A stretch of 64,000 nucleotides of DNA from an uncultured delta proteobacterium (GCA_963808625.1 CAWEHK010000050.1:64001-128000), one strand, 5' to 3'. Counted from the first letter of the stretch, positions 29,698 to 39,943 are shown. Program-made: numbers and translations. Notes: generated by a model from the sequence alone, not told the origin.

Positions 29698-30957
29698 ATG
29701 AGGAAGGACCTGGCAATGGGAAAGAAGATTCTGGTATTGGCAGCAGTTTTCACGGTGCTGGGGATGCTGGGAAGCGCCCCGACATCCTTTGCGGCCGATA
29801 AGGTGGTCAAGGTGGGAAACATTGAACCCCTCTCCGGGCCGTCGGCATCGGTCGGTCAACAGGGCAAATGCGCTCGTGACCTGGCGGTGGAAGAGATCAA
29901 CGCCGCCGGCGGCATCAAGTCTCTCGGCGGCGCCAAAATCGAGATGATCTATGCCGATTCGGAATCCAAACCCGAGAAGGGCGTGGCCGAGGCCGAACGC
30001 CTGATCAACACCGAGAAGGTGAACGTTCTGACCGGCTGTTGGAACTCGGCGGTTACCTATCCCACCACCGCAGTGGCGGAACGCTACGGCATCCCCTTTG
30101 TCGTACCGGTGTCGGTGGCCGATAAGATCACTGAACAGGGCTTCAAAACCGTTTTCCGGATTGCAGCGAAGGATGGCTGGTGGACCCGCGACCAATTCGC
30201 CTTCTTGAAAGACATGGCGAAAGAGACCAATACCAAGCTGGAAACGGTCGCCTTCGTATATGAGAACGGCGACTGGGGAAAAGGTTTTGCCGAACAATGG
30301 AAGAAGCTGGCCGAGAAGGAAGGCTTCAAGGTTGTCCTGGATGAGCCCTACCCCTCCACCGCAACCGATCTCAGCCCGGTGGTGCAGAAAATCAAGCGCG
30401 CCAACCCGGACGTCCTGCTCCTGGTATCCAATGCCGCCGATGCCATTCTCCTGACCAACACCCTCGCCGAATACAAGGTTAGACCGAAGGCGATCGTCGG
30501 CAGTGGCGGCGGTCATGCCGATCCATCCTTTCTGAAGGCAGCCGGGAAGAATGCCCAGTATGTCTTTGACATCGTGGAATGGGAAACCGATGTCGGCAAG
30601 CCCATGGTCCCGGCATTCAACGAGAAATTCAAGGCCAAGTGTGGTTACAACCCCGCTGGCGAGTCGGTGGATGCTTACGTTGCCATGTATGTGCTGGCCG
30701 ATGCTCTTGAACGTGCCGCATCGCTCGATCCCAAAGCAATTCGCGACGCCCTGGCAGCAACCAAACTGAGCAGCGGACCGGCGATGGTTGCATCCTACGA
30801 TGCCATCGAGTTTGATGAGACCGGGCAGAACAAGAACGCCGCTCTGTGCATCGTGCAGATCAACGATATGGGAAAAGGGCTGGAGCGCCTCACCGTGTGG
30901 CCAAAGAGCGCGCGCCATGCCGGTTACACGCCGGTTTTTCCGGCGCCGCAGCAATAG
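29698..30957 (+). CDS. ABC substrate-binding protein (LivJ/K-like)
   Basis: Signal peptide; KVGNIEPLSGP, EINAAGGI; GGAGG RBS. Confidence 0.92.
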   Translation: MRKDLAMGKKILVLAAVFTVLGMLGSAPTSFAADKVVKVGNIEPLSGPSASVGQQGKCARDLAVEEINAAGGIKSLGGAKIEMIYADSESKPEKGVAEAERLINTEKVNVLTGCWNSAVTYPTTAVAERYGIPFVVPVSVADKITEQGFKTVFRIAAKDGWWTRDQFAFLKDMAKETNTKLETVAFVYENGDWGKGFAEQWKKLAEKEGFKVVLDEPYPSTATDLSPVVQKIKRANPDVLLLVSNAADAILLTNTLAEYKVRPKAIVGSGGGHADPSFLKAAGKNAQYVFDIVEWETDVGKPMVPAFNEKFKAKCGYNPAGESVDAYVAMYVLADALERAASLDPKAIRDALAATKLSSGPAMVASYDAIEFDETGQNKNAALCIVQINDMGKGLERLTVWPKSARHAGYTPVFPAPQQ

Positions 30958-30990
30958 TGGTTAGTGGTTAGTGGCTAGTGGTTAGTGGTT
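30955..30990. repeat. Heptamer array (TAGTGGT)n
   Basis: Begins with the TAG stop codon. Confidence 0.8.
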
Positions 30991-31077
30991 AAGGACTAGT
31001 TCCGGCGAGGGGGGCGCTCACACCTGCTGTGACGCTCCCCCAGCAACGCTTCAGTCTGCGGCCGTTCGGAGACGTTT

Positions 31078-31965
31078 ATGCTCTATGTTCTCGAAGACGC
31101 AATCAATGGCATCCTCATCGGATCGATCTACGGTTTGACCGCCATGGGGCTTACCGTGATCTTTGGCGTGCTTAAGGTCATCAATTTTGCCCACGGTTCG
31201 ATGCTCATGGTTGGCATGTACGCAGCCTACTGGGCCGTGACGTTGACCGGCATCCATCCCTATCTCGCTCTGATCATTGTGGCCCCGGTGATGTACCTGT
31301 TCGGCTATTATCTCCAGGACATCATCATCAAACCCATATTCAAAGCCGAAAAGGACGTTCGTGAACCGATCACGGTGATCATTGTCACCACCGGTGTCTG
31401 GTACGTCCTCGACAACCTGTCGTTGCTCATCTTTGGGCCCCAGTACCGCAGCCTTCAGGACAATCCCCTGCGCGGCAAAATGTTTGAATTTGGGGGAATG
31501 ATGCTTTCCGTGCCAAAATTCTGGGGATTCGTGATCGCCCTGGTCACGGCCGCCGGCGTCTACTGGTTTTTTCAGAAAACCCGCATGGGCCGGGCGATCC
31601 GTGCCACCAGCCTGGATCGGGAATCGGCCAGCCTGATGGGCATCAACCAGTATCGCATCTATAACGTTGCTTTTGGTATCGGCGCCGCCATCTCCGGCAT
31701 CGCCGGCGCGGTCCTCGTGCCGTTCAACAATGTCTATCCCAGCGTCGGTGTGCTTTTTGATATCAAGGGTTTCATCATTGTCGTCCTGGGCGGGCTTGGC
31801 AGCCTCTGGGGGGCCCTCCTGGGCGGCATCATCGTCGGTATGATCGAATCGGTCGGCCCTCAGTTCATGGCAGCCACGTGGACCGAGGCCATTGTCTATG
31901 CGCTCTTCCTGGTGGTCCTTTTCGTCAAGCCGTCAGGACTGTTCGGTGAGAAGTATGACTGGTAG
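31078..31965 (+). CDS. ABC permease (LivH-like)
   Basis: GLTVIFGVLKVINFAHG, GRAIRA, VVLGGLGS. Confidence 0.92.
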   Translation: MLYVLEDAINGILIGSIYGLTAMGLTVIFGVLKVINFAHGSMLMVGMYAAYWAVTLTGIHPYLALIIVAPVMYLFGYYLQDIIIKPIFKAEKDVREPITVIIVTTGVWYVLDNLSLLIFGPQYRSLQDNPLRGKMFEFGGMMLSVPKFWGFVIALVTAAGVYWFFQKTRMGRAIRATSLDRESASLMGINQYRIYNVAFGIGAAISGIAGAVLVPFNNVYPSVGVLFDIKGFIIVVLGGLGSLWGALLGGIIVGMIESVGPQFMAATWTEAIVYALFLVVLFVKPSGLFGEKYDW

Positions 31966-31971
31966 AGTGAA

Positions 31972-32272
31972 GGATTTCGGATTTCGGATTTCGGATTTCG
32001 GATTTGAGGTCACCGGCGATCCATCGTCCGCTTCGGTGGGTTCTGCGTTCGGCTCGAATTGGCCTCGTCTGACATACTCGAGAAGGCGCCTAAATCAGCT
32101 ATCAAGCTTTGTTCAGAGATATTTCCCGATATCTCGTTCCGAAATTCCAAATCAGAAATCTGAAATCAAGAATCAGAAATCCAAAATCCGATATCCGAAA
32201 TCAACGGTCCGGAACCCGGAACGTCAAATCCGAAATCCGATATCCGATATCCGAAATCGAGAATCCGAAATC
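31972..32272. repeat. Inverted pair of heptamer arrays, (GGATTTC)n at 31972-32005 and (GAAATCC)n at 32138-32272
   Basis: Complementary arrays flanking about 130 nt of unique sequence. Confidence 0.85.
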
Positions 32273-32286
32273 AAACGGCGGTGCGG

Positions 32287-33288
32287 ATGACACGAGAAAA
32301 GCTTCAGTCCCTTTCGTTGCTTCTGGTAGGAGTGGTGATCTTCGGCTTGCCCCTGGTGCTCCGAAGCCCCACTTACCTCCATATCCTGGTGCTCCTCTTT
32401 CTGTACGCCTACCTGACCACCAGTTGGAACCTGGTCGGTGGTTTTGCCGGCGTGCTCCCCCTCGGGCATTCAGCTTTTGTGGGGATCGGGGCCTATACCT
32501 CTACCATTCTTTCCCTCCAGTACGGCATCAGTCCCTGGATTGGGATGCTGATCGGCGGGTGTCTGGCGGTCATTGTGGGGGTGCTCATCGGCCTGCCGAC
32601 CTTCAAGATGCGCGGCGCCTACTTCGCCCTGGCCACCATCGCCTTTGGCGAGGGCATCCGCGTCATGGTGGAAAACATCGAATACCTTGGGCCGTTCAAG
32701 CTCAACGGTCCGCGGGGTCTCCAGATACCGCCGTTGAACACCGGCTTTACCAACTTCATGTTTAACACTAAAGAGCCTTACTACTACATCATTGTGGTCA
32801 TGCTCATCGCCGTGCTGGCCCTGACCTATTTTATCTCGCGTTCGAAGCTGGGCTATTACCTCAGCGCCGGCGGGGAAGAACCCGAAGCGGCCATGGCCCT
32901 GGGAGTCAATGTGGCGCGATGCAAGCTGATCGCCATGGCTATGAGCTCCTTTCTGACCGCTCTGGCCGGAACCTTTTGGGCACAGTTCACCCTCTTTATC
33001 CACCCGAAAAGCGTCATGTCCCTGGATATTTCCTTTGAAATCGCCTTCATCGCTCTCATCGGAGGCCGCGGCTCCATTGCCGGACCGGTCCTGGGGGCTA
33101 TCATTTTGCGTCCGGTCAGCGATTTTTGCCGCATCTACTTTGGTGACAAGCTGCCTGGCTTGCACTTGATCATCTTCGGGGTCATCCTGATTCTGGTGAT
33201 GATTTACCAGCCACGCGGCCTCCAGGAACCGCTCACCAAGCTGTACAACCGGTTCCTGGACCGCTTTGCATCCGCGCCCGCGTCGTAA
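32287..33288 (+). CDS. ABC permease (LivM-like)
   Basis: SWNLVGG, GHSAFVGIGAY, RGAYFALAT. Confidence 0.92.
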   Translation: MTREKLQSLSLLLVGVVIFGLPLVLRSPTYLHILVLLFLYAYLTTSWNLVGGFAGVLPLGHSAFVGIGAYTSTILSLQYGISPWIGMLIGGCLAVIVGVLIGLPTFKMRGAYFALATIAFGEGIRVMVENIEYLGPFKLNGPRGLQIPPLNTGFTNFMFNTKEPYYYIIVVMLIAVLALTYFISRSKLGYYLSAGGEEPEAAMALGVNVARCKLIAMAMSSFLTALAGTFWAQFTLFIHPKSVMSLDISFEIAFIALIGGRGSIAGPVLGAIILRPVSDFCRIYFGDKLPGLHLIIFGVILILVMIYQPRGLQEPLTKLYNRFLDRFASAPAS

Positions 33289-33291
33289 AAA

Positions 33292-33398
33292 GGTAGGCAG
33301 TAGGGAGTAGGCAGTAGGGAGTAAGGAGTAAGCAGTAGGCAGTAGGGAGTAGGCAGTTAGAAAGTAGGGAGTAAGGAGTAGGGGAGTGAGGAGTAAGG
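33292..33398. repeat. Heptamer array (GTAGGGA/GTAGGCA/GTAAGGA)n
   Basis: Fills the whole intergenic space and includes the RBS of the next gene. Confidence 0.88.
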
Positions 33399-33399
33399 C

Positions 33400-34125
33400 A
33401 TGACGATTCTCGACGTGAAAGACCTGGTAAAAGACTTCGGCGGGTTGCGGGCGGTAGATACCTTAAATCTCAGCATCAACGAGGGGCAGATCCTGGGACT
33501 CATCGGCCCCAATGGCGCCGGCAAGTCCACGGTCTTTAACTGCATCGCCGGAGTCTACCCCGCTACGGAGGGTGAGATCTATTTCGATGGCAAAAAGGTC
33601 AACAATGTCAAGCCCTGGAACCTCTGCAAACAGGGGCTTGCGCGGACCTTTCAGATCGTCAAGCCCTTTGTCTCCAAGACGGTGCTCTACAACGTGATGG
33701 TCGGCAGCTACGCCACGACCGACCAGCGCTCGCTTGCCGAAAAGAAGGCCATCGAGGTGCTCACGTCGCTCAACCTCGACGACAAGAAGCACGTCAAAGC
33801 GGGCAACCTGACCATCGCCGACCGCAAGCGCCTCGAAATTGCGCGGGCCCTGGCCACGGAACCGAAGCTCCTGCTGCTCGACGAGGTCATGGCGGGCCTC
33901 AGACCCACGGAAGTCGATGAAATGGTAAAGATCATCAAAGGCCTGCGGGACAGCGGCATGACGATCTTCATCATCGAACACATTATGCGCGCCATCATGG
34001 CCTTGTCCGACTGGATTGTGGTCATCCACTTCGGCCGAAAGATCTCGGAAGGGACGCCGAAGGAGGTTGCTTCGGACGAGAAAGTGATCAAAGCTTACCT
34101 GGGAGATGACTATGGCGTTTCTTGA
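33400..34125 (+). CDS. ABC ATPase (LivG-like)
   Basis: GPNGAGKST, ARTFQ, LLLDE. Confidence 0.92.
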   Translation: MTILDVKDLVKDFGGLRAVDTLNLSINEGQILGLIGPNGAGKSTVFNCIAGVYPATEGEIYFDGKKVNNVKPWNLCKQGLARTFQIVKPFVSKTVLYNVMVGSYATTDQRSLAEKKAIEVLTSLNLDDKKHVKAGNLTIADRKRLEIARALATEPKLLLLDEVMAGLRPTEVDEMVKIIKGLRDSGMTIFIIEHIMRAIMALSDWIVVIHFGRKISEGTPKEVASDEKVIKAYLGDDYGVS

Positions 34126-34822
34126 GGTTAAAAATATCGATGTCTTCTACGGCGATGTTCAGGTCATCTTCGATCTCTCGCTGCACGTCAATGAAGGCGA
34201 GGTGGTAAGCATCATCGGGGGCAATGGGGCGGGCAAATCGACGCTGCTGAGAAGCATTTCCGGCTTGGTGCCACCGGCGAGAGGAGAGATCCGGTTTGAG
34301 GGGGTTCCCATTCACAAGGCCCCACCGGAAGCCATTGTCGAACGGGGCGTGGTGCACGTACCCGAAGGGCGGCGGCTGTTTACGCTCATGAGCGTCAAGG
34401 ACAACCTCATCGTTGGAGCTTACAACAAGCGCGCCGATAAGGACAAGGAAGCTACCATCGAGGAGGTCTTCGAGCTGTTCCCGCGCCTTCGCGAACGGGA
34501 ATCCCAGCTGGCCATGACGTTATCCGGCGGGGAACAACAGATGGTGGCCATCGGCCGGGGGATGATGGCCAAACCCAAGCTGCTCATGCTCGATGAGCCT
34601 TCTCTTGGCCTGGCGCCCTTGCTGATCAAGAACATCTTTGAAACGGTGCGCAAGATTGCCGATCAGGGCACCACGGTGGTGCTGGTGGAGCAGGATGTGA
34701 AGCACTCGCTGAGCATGAGCGATCGCGGTTACGTTATGGAACACGGCCGTACCGTGATGGAAGGCCCGGCCAGCGAGCTCATGGACGACCCGCACATCAA
34801 GACCGCGTATCTGGGAATGTGA
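34112..34822 (+). CDS. ABC ATPase (LivF-like)
   Basis: GGNGAGKST, LSGGEQQM, DEPSLGLAP. Confidence 0.92.
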   Translation: MAFLEVKNIDVFYGDVQVIFDLSLHVNEGEVVSIIGGNGAGKSTLLRSISGLVPPARGEIRFEGVPIHKAPPEAIVERGVVHVPEGRRLFTLMSVKDNLIVGAYNKRADKDKEATIEEVFELFPRLRERESQLAMTLSGGEQQMVAIGRGMMAKPKLLMLDEPSLGLAPLLIKNIFETVRKIADQGTTVVLVEQDVKHSLSMSDRGYVMEHGRTVMEGPASELMDDPHIKTAYLGM

Positions 34823-34829
34823 AATGACG

Positions 34830-35113
34830 GTTGGCTCTTGGCTCTTGGCTCTTGGCTCTTAGCTCTTGGCGGTTGGCTCTTGGCATTTAGCTCTTGGCGC
34901 TTGGCTCTTGGTATTTAGCTTTCTTGGTTCTTAGCTTGATGACATAGTGAACATGAAAACTTCAGATGATGAACGTTCATTCACAACCATTCTCCAGCCA
35001 CTAGTCACCAGCCACTGTTCACTGATCACTGACCACTGTTCACTAGCCACTGACCACTGACCACTAGCCACTAGCCACTCATCACTCGTCACTCGTCACT
35101 CATCACTAACCAC
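34830..35113. repeat. Two heptamer arrays, (GCTCTTG)n at 34830-34937 and (CACTGAC/CACTAGC/CACTCGT)n at 34996-35113
   Basis: Read directly. Confidence 0.88.
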
Positions 35114-35131
35114 TGCTTTTAGGAGTACGCC

Positions 35132-36901
35132 ATGCATGGCTTCTACGGACGTATCCTTCTGGTAAACCTGACTGACCGGACCTTTCAGATTGAGCCGGTT
35201 GCCGATGAGGTGCTGGCTGCCGGTCTTGGCGGCAAAGGGCTGGCGACGCGCTTGCTGCTGGAAAAGAATCCCACGGGCGTGGACCCCTTTGCGCCGGAGA
35301 ACCATCTGATCTTTGCCACCGGTCCCCTCTGCCAGAGCCGCATCTGGGGAGGCAGCCGCTACGGAGTTTACACCAAATCCCCGCAGACGCGTCTCTACTC
35401 GGAATCCTACTCCGGCGGCAAAGTCCCCGAAGCGGTCGATGCCGCAGGTTTCGATGCCGTGCTCTTTTACGGAAAGGCCGCGCGACCCACGGTGGTTTCC
35501 GTCTATCCCGACGGCGCGCAGTTCTTTGACGCCGGAGATCTCTGGGGCGCCGATACCTTCGTGACGGAAGCCGAGGTCAAGAAGCGCTTCGCCATTCAAA
35601 AGGAAGGCTATCGCAAGCCGGGAGCGGTGGTCATTGGCCCGGCGGGCGAAAAGTTGCTGCGATTTGCCGTCATTGAAAACGACAAATGGCGTTCCGCCGG
35701 TCGCACGGGCGTCGGCGCGGTGATGGGTTCGAAGCTGCTCAAGGCGGTGGTGTTCCAGGGAGACGCCCGGCGCAGCTTCTATGACCCCGATGGCGTAGCC
35801 GAATATGCCAAAGCCTTCTCCAAGGCCAACGCCGAACACCCCGGAGTCAAGGCCTACAAGGCTCTCGGCACCACCATGATGGTCGCCATCATGAACAAGG
35901 CCCAGGCTTTCCCGACACGCTACTGGGCGGAGGGGACCTTCGAGCATTGGGAAAAGATCAGCGGTCAGACCATGCACCAGGAACACGACGTCAAGCCCAA
36001 TGCCTGCGCCAAGTGCCTCATGGCCTGCGGCCGCCTGACGACGATCAAGAAAGGCCGCCACACCGGACTGGTCATCGAAGGACCCGAGTACGAAACCATC
36101 TATGCCTTCGGCGGCCTCTGCATGATCGAGGAAATCGAGGAAATCGCCTACCTGAACGACATCTGCGACCGCGTCGGCATGGACACGATCACTGCGGGTA
36201 ATCTTTGTGCGTTCACCATCGAGGCCGCACGGCGCGGCAAGGTGGACTACGATATCGACTACAACCAGCCCGAAAAGGTCGCCAGGCTGGTGCAGGAAAT
36301 CGGCAATCGGGAAGGGATCGGCGATGTGCTCGCGGAAGGCATCATCCACGCCGCCAAAACCTGGGGTCTCGAAGACCTCGCCATCCACGTCAAGGGCATG
36401 GAACCGGCCGGCTACGACCCGCGCACTCTCAAGGGCATGGGCTTATCCTACGCCACCTCAGACCGCGGCGCCTGCCACCTCCGCACCACCTTCTACAAGC
36501 CGGAGCTGTCCGGCATGATCGCCCCCGCGACCATCGAAGGCAAGGCCGAGATGCTGACCGATTTCGAAGACCGCCTGACGATCTTCGACACCCTGATCCT
36601 GTGCCGCTTCTACCGCGACCTCTACACCTGGGAGGAACTGGAAAAGGTCATCAACATGGTCACCGGCCTCCCCGCCTCAAAAGAAGAGCTCCGCAAGAAA
36701 GCCGCCGCCATCTCCACCATGACCCGCCAGTTCAACCTGCGCGAAGGCCTCAAGCCCGACCAGGACCGCCTGCCCAAACGACTCCACCGCGAAGCCCTCC
36801 CCACCGGCCAGTCCTTGAGCGAAGAAGAAATGGAACAAATGCTCAAGGAATATTTTCACCTGCGCGGCTGGGACGAGCAGGGCATTCCGCCCGGAACCTG
36901 A
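35132..36901 (+). CDS. aor: Aldehyde:ferredoxin oxidoreductase (W/Mo-pterin AOR family)
   Basis: GGKGLA, KSPQT, IGPAGE, AGRTGVGAVMGSK, CAKCLMACG, EGPEYET, DRGACH. Confidence 0.93.
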   Translation: MHGFYGRILLVNLTDRTFQIEPVADEVLAAGLGGKGLATRLLLEKNPTGVDPFAPENHLIFATGPLCQSRIWGGSRYGVYTKSPQTRLYSESYSGGKVPEAVDAAGFDAVLFYGKAARPTVVSVYPDGAQFFDAGDLWGADTFVTEAEVKKRFAIQKEGYRKPGAVVIGPAGEKLLRFAVIENDKWRSAGRTGVGAVMGSKLLKAVVFQGDARRSFYDPDGVAEYAKAFSKANAEHPGVKAYKALGTTMMVAIMNKAQAFPTRYWAEGTFEHWEKISGQTMHQEHDVKPNACAKCLMACGRLTTIKKGRHTGLVIEGPEYETIYAFGGLCMIEEIEEIAYLNDICDRVGMDTITAGNLCAFTIEAARRGKVDYDIDYNQPEKVARLVQEIGNREGIGDVLAEGIIHAAKTWGLEDLAIHVKGMEPAGYDPRTLKGMGLSYATSDRGACHLRTTFYKPELSGMIAPATIEGKAEMLTDFEDRLTIFDTLILCRFYRDLYTWEELEKVINMVTGLPASKEELRKKAAAISTMTRQFNLREGLKPDQDRLPKRLHREALPTGQSLSEEEMEQMLKEYFHLRGWDEQGIPPGT

Positions 36902-37200
36902 CGCGATAACCGGCAACTCAGGGGTCGCCTCCACCGCAGCCCGGGCGGTGAACGGAGCGAAGAACCTCTTCCAAAACGACGCAGCAGGGCAAGTTGTCCT
37001 TATCTTGATCCCAGCCAATAGAGCGACATCTTTGCCAGTTTTCATGAAAATTTGTCTCCTTTATGTTATGGAGGGCTTGCAACCGTGGGCCAACTTCTAT
37101 AGTAATGGGCGGTTCACGAACGCCTCGAGGTTGTCAGGCGTTCCGGTACCATTTCGCTCCGGCTTCAACATTGGTTCAAGGTTCAGCAAGGAGGCATTAG

Positions 37201-38494
37201 ATGGGTGGTTCGTTCATGCCGGTCCGGGCATCCCGAGAGGACCTGGATGCCATTCAGCTCGAGGGGCTGAAATGGACCGTTGCGCATGCCTACAATAACT
37301 CACCATTTTACCGGGAAAGGCTCAAGCAGGCCGGGGTCACGCCCGAGCAGGTCCGCACCCTGGATGATCTGCGCCGGCTTCCCTGTTTGACCGCCCAGGA
37401 CCTGCAGGACGAGTATCCGTTTCCCCTGCGGTCCGTGCCTTTTGAGAAAATTCGCCGCATTCATGCCTCCTCGGGGACTACGGGAAGACGGAAAGTCCTT
37501 TGCTACAGCCGGAAAGATCTCGACGACTGGGCGGACATGTTTGCCCGGTGCTATGAAATGGCCGGGCTTTCCGTGGAAGACCGGGTGCAGATTGCCGTCG
37601 GCTACGGGCTCTGGACCGCGGGAGTCGGTTTTCAACTGGGCTGCGAGCGGTTCGGCGCCATGTCCATCCCGGTTGGGCCCGCCAACACCGAAATCCACTG
37701 CCAGATGCTCGTGGATATGCAGAGCACGGTGTTCTGCTCGACGGCATCCATGGCGCTGCTCATCGCCGAAGAGATCGAGCGGCGGGGCATTCGAAAGCAG
37801 GTGGCCTTGAAAAAGATCATCTTCGGTGCGGAACGCCACAGCCGGAGGATGCGGCAGCGAGTCCAGGAGATCACGGGAGCCGAGGAACTTTTTGATATCC
37901 CCGGCCTTACCGAGCTCTACGGGCCGGGTGTGGGTCTTGAATGCAGCGCCCATCAGGGAATTCACTACTGGGCTGATTACTATATTCTGGAAATCCTCGA
38001 TCCCGAGACGCTCGAGCCGATGCCTCCCGGCGAGACGGGAGAGATGGTGGTGACCACCTTGCGCAAGGAGGCGGCGCCGCTCATTCGCTACCGCACGCGG
38101 GACCTCACCCGCCTCATCCCCGAGCCCTGTCCCTGCGGCAACCCGCTTCCCCGGCACGACCATTTGCTGGGCCGCTCGGACGACATGTTCATCTTCCGCG
38201 CGGTCAATATCTACCCCGGCCAGATCGACCATGTCCTCTCTCAAATCCCGTATGTCGGAAGTGAGTACCAGGTGCATCTGTATCATCGGGAAGACGGGCG
38301 TGACGTGATGCTGATTAAGGTCGAACGGATCGATGGCGGGTCCCCCGACCTCCGATCGCAAGCTTGCCGAACTCATCATCAGCGAGCTCCGCAGCCAGAT
38401 TCTCGTTCGCCCCGAGATTGAACTGGTCGACTATGGCACCCTCCCCCGCACCGAGCGCAAGAGCAAGCGGGTGTTCGACCAGCGGGGAGATTAG
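37201..38494 (+). CDS. paaK: Phenylacetate-CoA ligase family protein, frameshifted near the C-terminus
   Basis: HASSGTTG, FGAE, GLTELYGPG, RYRTRD, GRSDDM; second frame gives LPRTERKSKRVFDQR. Confidence 0.88.
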
Positions 38495-38523
38495 TGGCGA
38501 GTGATTAGTGGCTAGTGGCTAGT
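38492..38523. repeat. Heptamer array (TAGTGGC)n
   Basis: Begins at the paaK TAG. Confidence 0.7.
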
Positions 38524-38660
38524 GCACGCGGTGCATAATGTCGTGAAGCCGGTGGCCAAAAATACTTCCTACCCTAAGAGCAGGGAACAATGCACGGGTG
38601 TTGCTACAGCTTCACCGTGCCCGCCTGAACTGGCTAGCCGATTTCGGCCCAGGTGAATAG
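38519..38660 (-). mobile_element. Degenerate inverted copy of the 26858-27001 element
   Basis: Shares ACAGCTTCACCGTGCCC.CC.GAACTGGCTA.CCGATTTC.GCCCA.GTG with the reverse complement of 26858-26915. Confidence 0.65.
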
Positions 38661-38752
38661 TGATCAGGTGGTATGTACTGGTAGGTTGTCAGAGTTATGA
38701 GGAGTGGGCTTGATGGTGCGAGACTGCCGTTAACCAGAAAGGAGGGTCAGCT

Positions 38753-39943
38753 ATGAGATCAAGAAATTGAGGGGGTCTGCGTTTCTTGCCTGGTTGTTGC
38801 GCTTGCGGCGGTTTTGCATCATGGGTAGCTGGCGCGGCGCGGGCCGAAGAACCCATCAAGATTGGGGCTTTTTTTGCGCTCTCCGGGCCGGCGGCTTCGA
38901 TCGGCACGCCGACGAAGCTGGTGGCGCAGATGGTGGTGGATAAGATCAACAAGGAAGGGGGCATCAACAAACGCCCCCTGGAAATGGCCATGGGAGACAC
39001 GGAAAGTGACCCCACCAAGGCGCTTATGGAAGCCAAACGGCTGGTGGAAAGGGATAAGGCCGTCGCCCTCATCGGCCCCACCCGCACCGATGAAGGGCTG
39101 GCGGCAAAGCCTTACATCGAAGACACGGCGCATCTTCCCATCATCATGACGATCGGCGGCGATCCCGTGATTTCAGGCGGCAAATTCGGCCCCTTCAAGT
39201 GGACCTTCAAGACTCCCCAGCGCACCTCGGTCGCTGCGAAAAAATTATATGACTTTCTCCGGTCGCAGAAACAGACCAAAGTCGCCCTGCTTACCGCCAC
39301 CGACGGCTTCGGCAAGGATGGCCTGAACTGGCTGGAACAGCTGGCCGCGGAATTTGGCATGGAGATTGTCATCAAGGAAGCCTTCGCCGTTACGGACACC
39401 GACATGACGCCCCAGCTCCTCAAGATCCGGGAGAGCGGAGCGCAGGCGCTCATTTGCTGGACCATCGGCCCGGCCGGTGCCCGCGTAGCCAAGAACGTCA
39501 AGCAGTTGGGGCTGAAAATGCCGCTCTACCAATGCCATGGACAGCCCGATCCCAAGTACATCGAACTCGCCGGCGATGCTGCCGAGGGAAGCATCATGCC
39601 CTCCACGAAGCTGATGGTGGTGGATCAGCTCCCTGACAGCGACCCGCAGAAGGCAGTAATCAAAGACTTTCTGACGCTCTACAAAGACGTCTATCACTAT
39701 GATCAGCAATATCCGATCAATACCCACTCCGGGTACGCCTGGGATGCGATCTACCTCCTGGCAAATGCCATGCGCCAGGTCGGCACGGAACCGGAAGCCC
39801 TCCGCAGTGCGATCGAACAGACCAAGGGCTACGTCGGCATCAGCGGCGTCTACAACTTGACCCCGGAAGATCACAATGGACTGGGGACAGATTCCCTGGT
39901 CATGGTGAAAGTCGAAAATGGAAAGTGGGTTTTACTTGAGTAG
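38753..39943 (+). CDS. ABC substrate-binding protein (LivJ/K-like), frameshifted in the signal peptide
   Basis: AAGGAGG RBS; PIKIGAFFALSGP, INKEGGIN. Confidence 0.88.
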
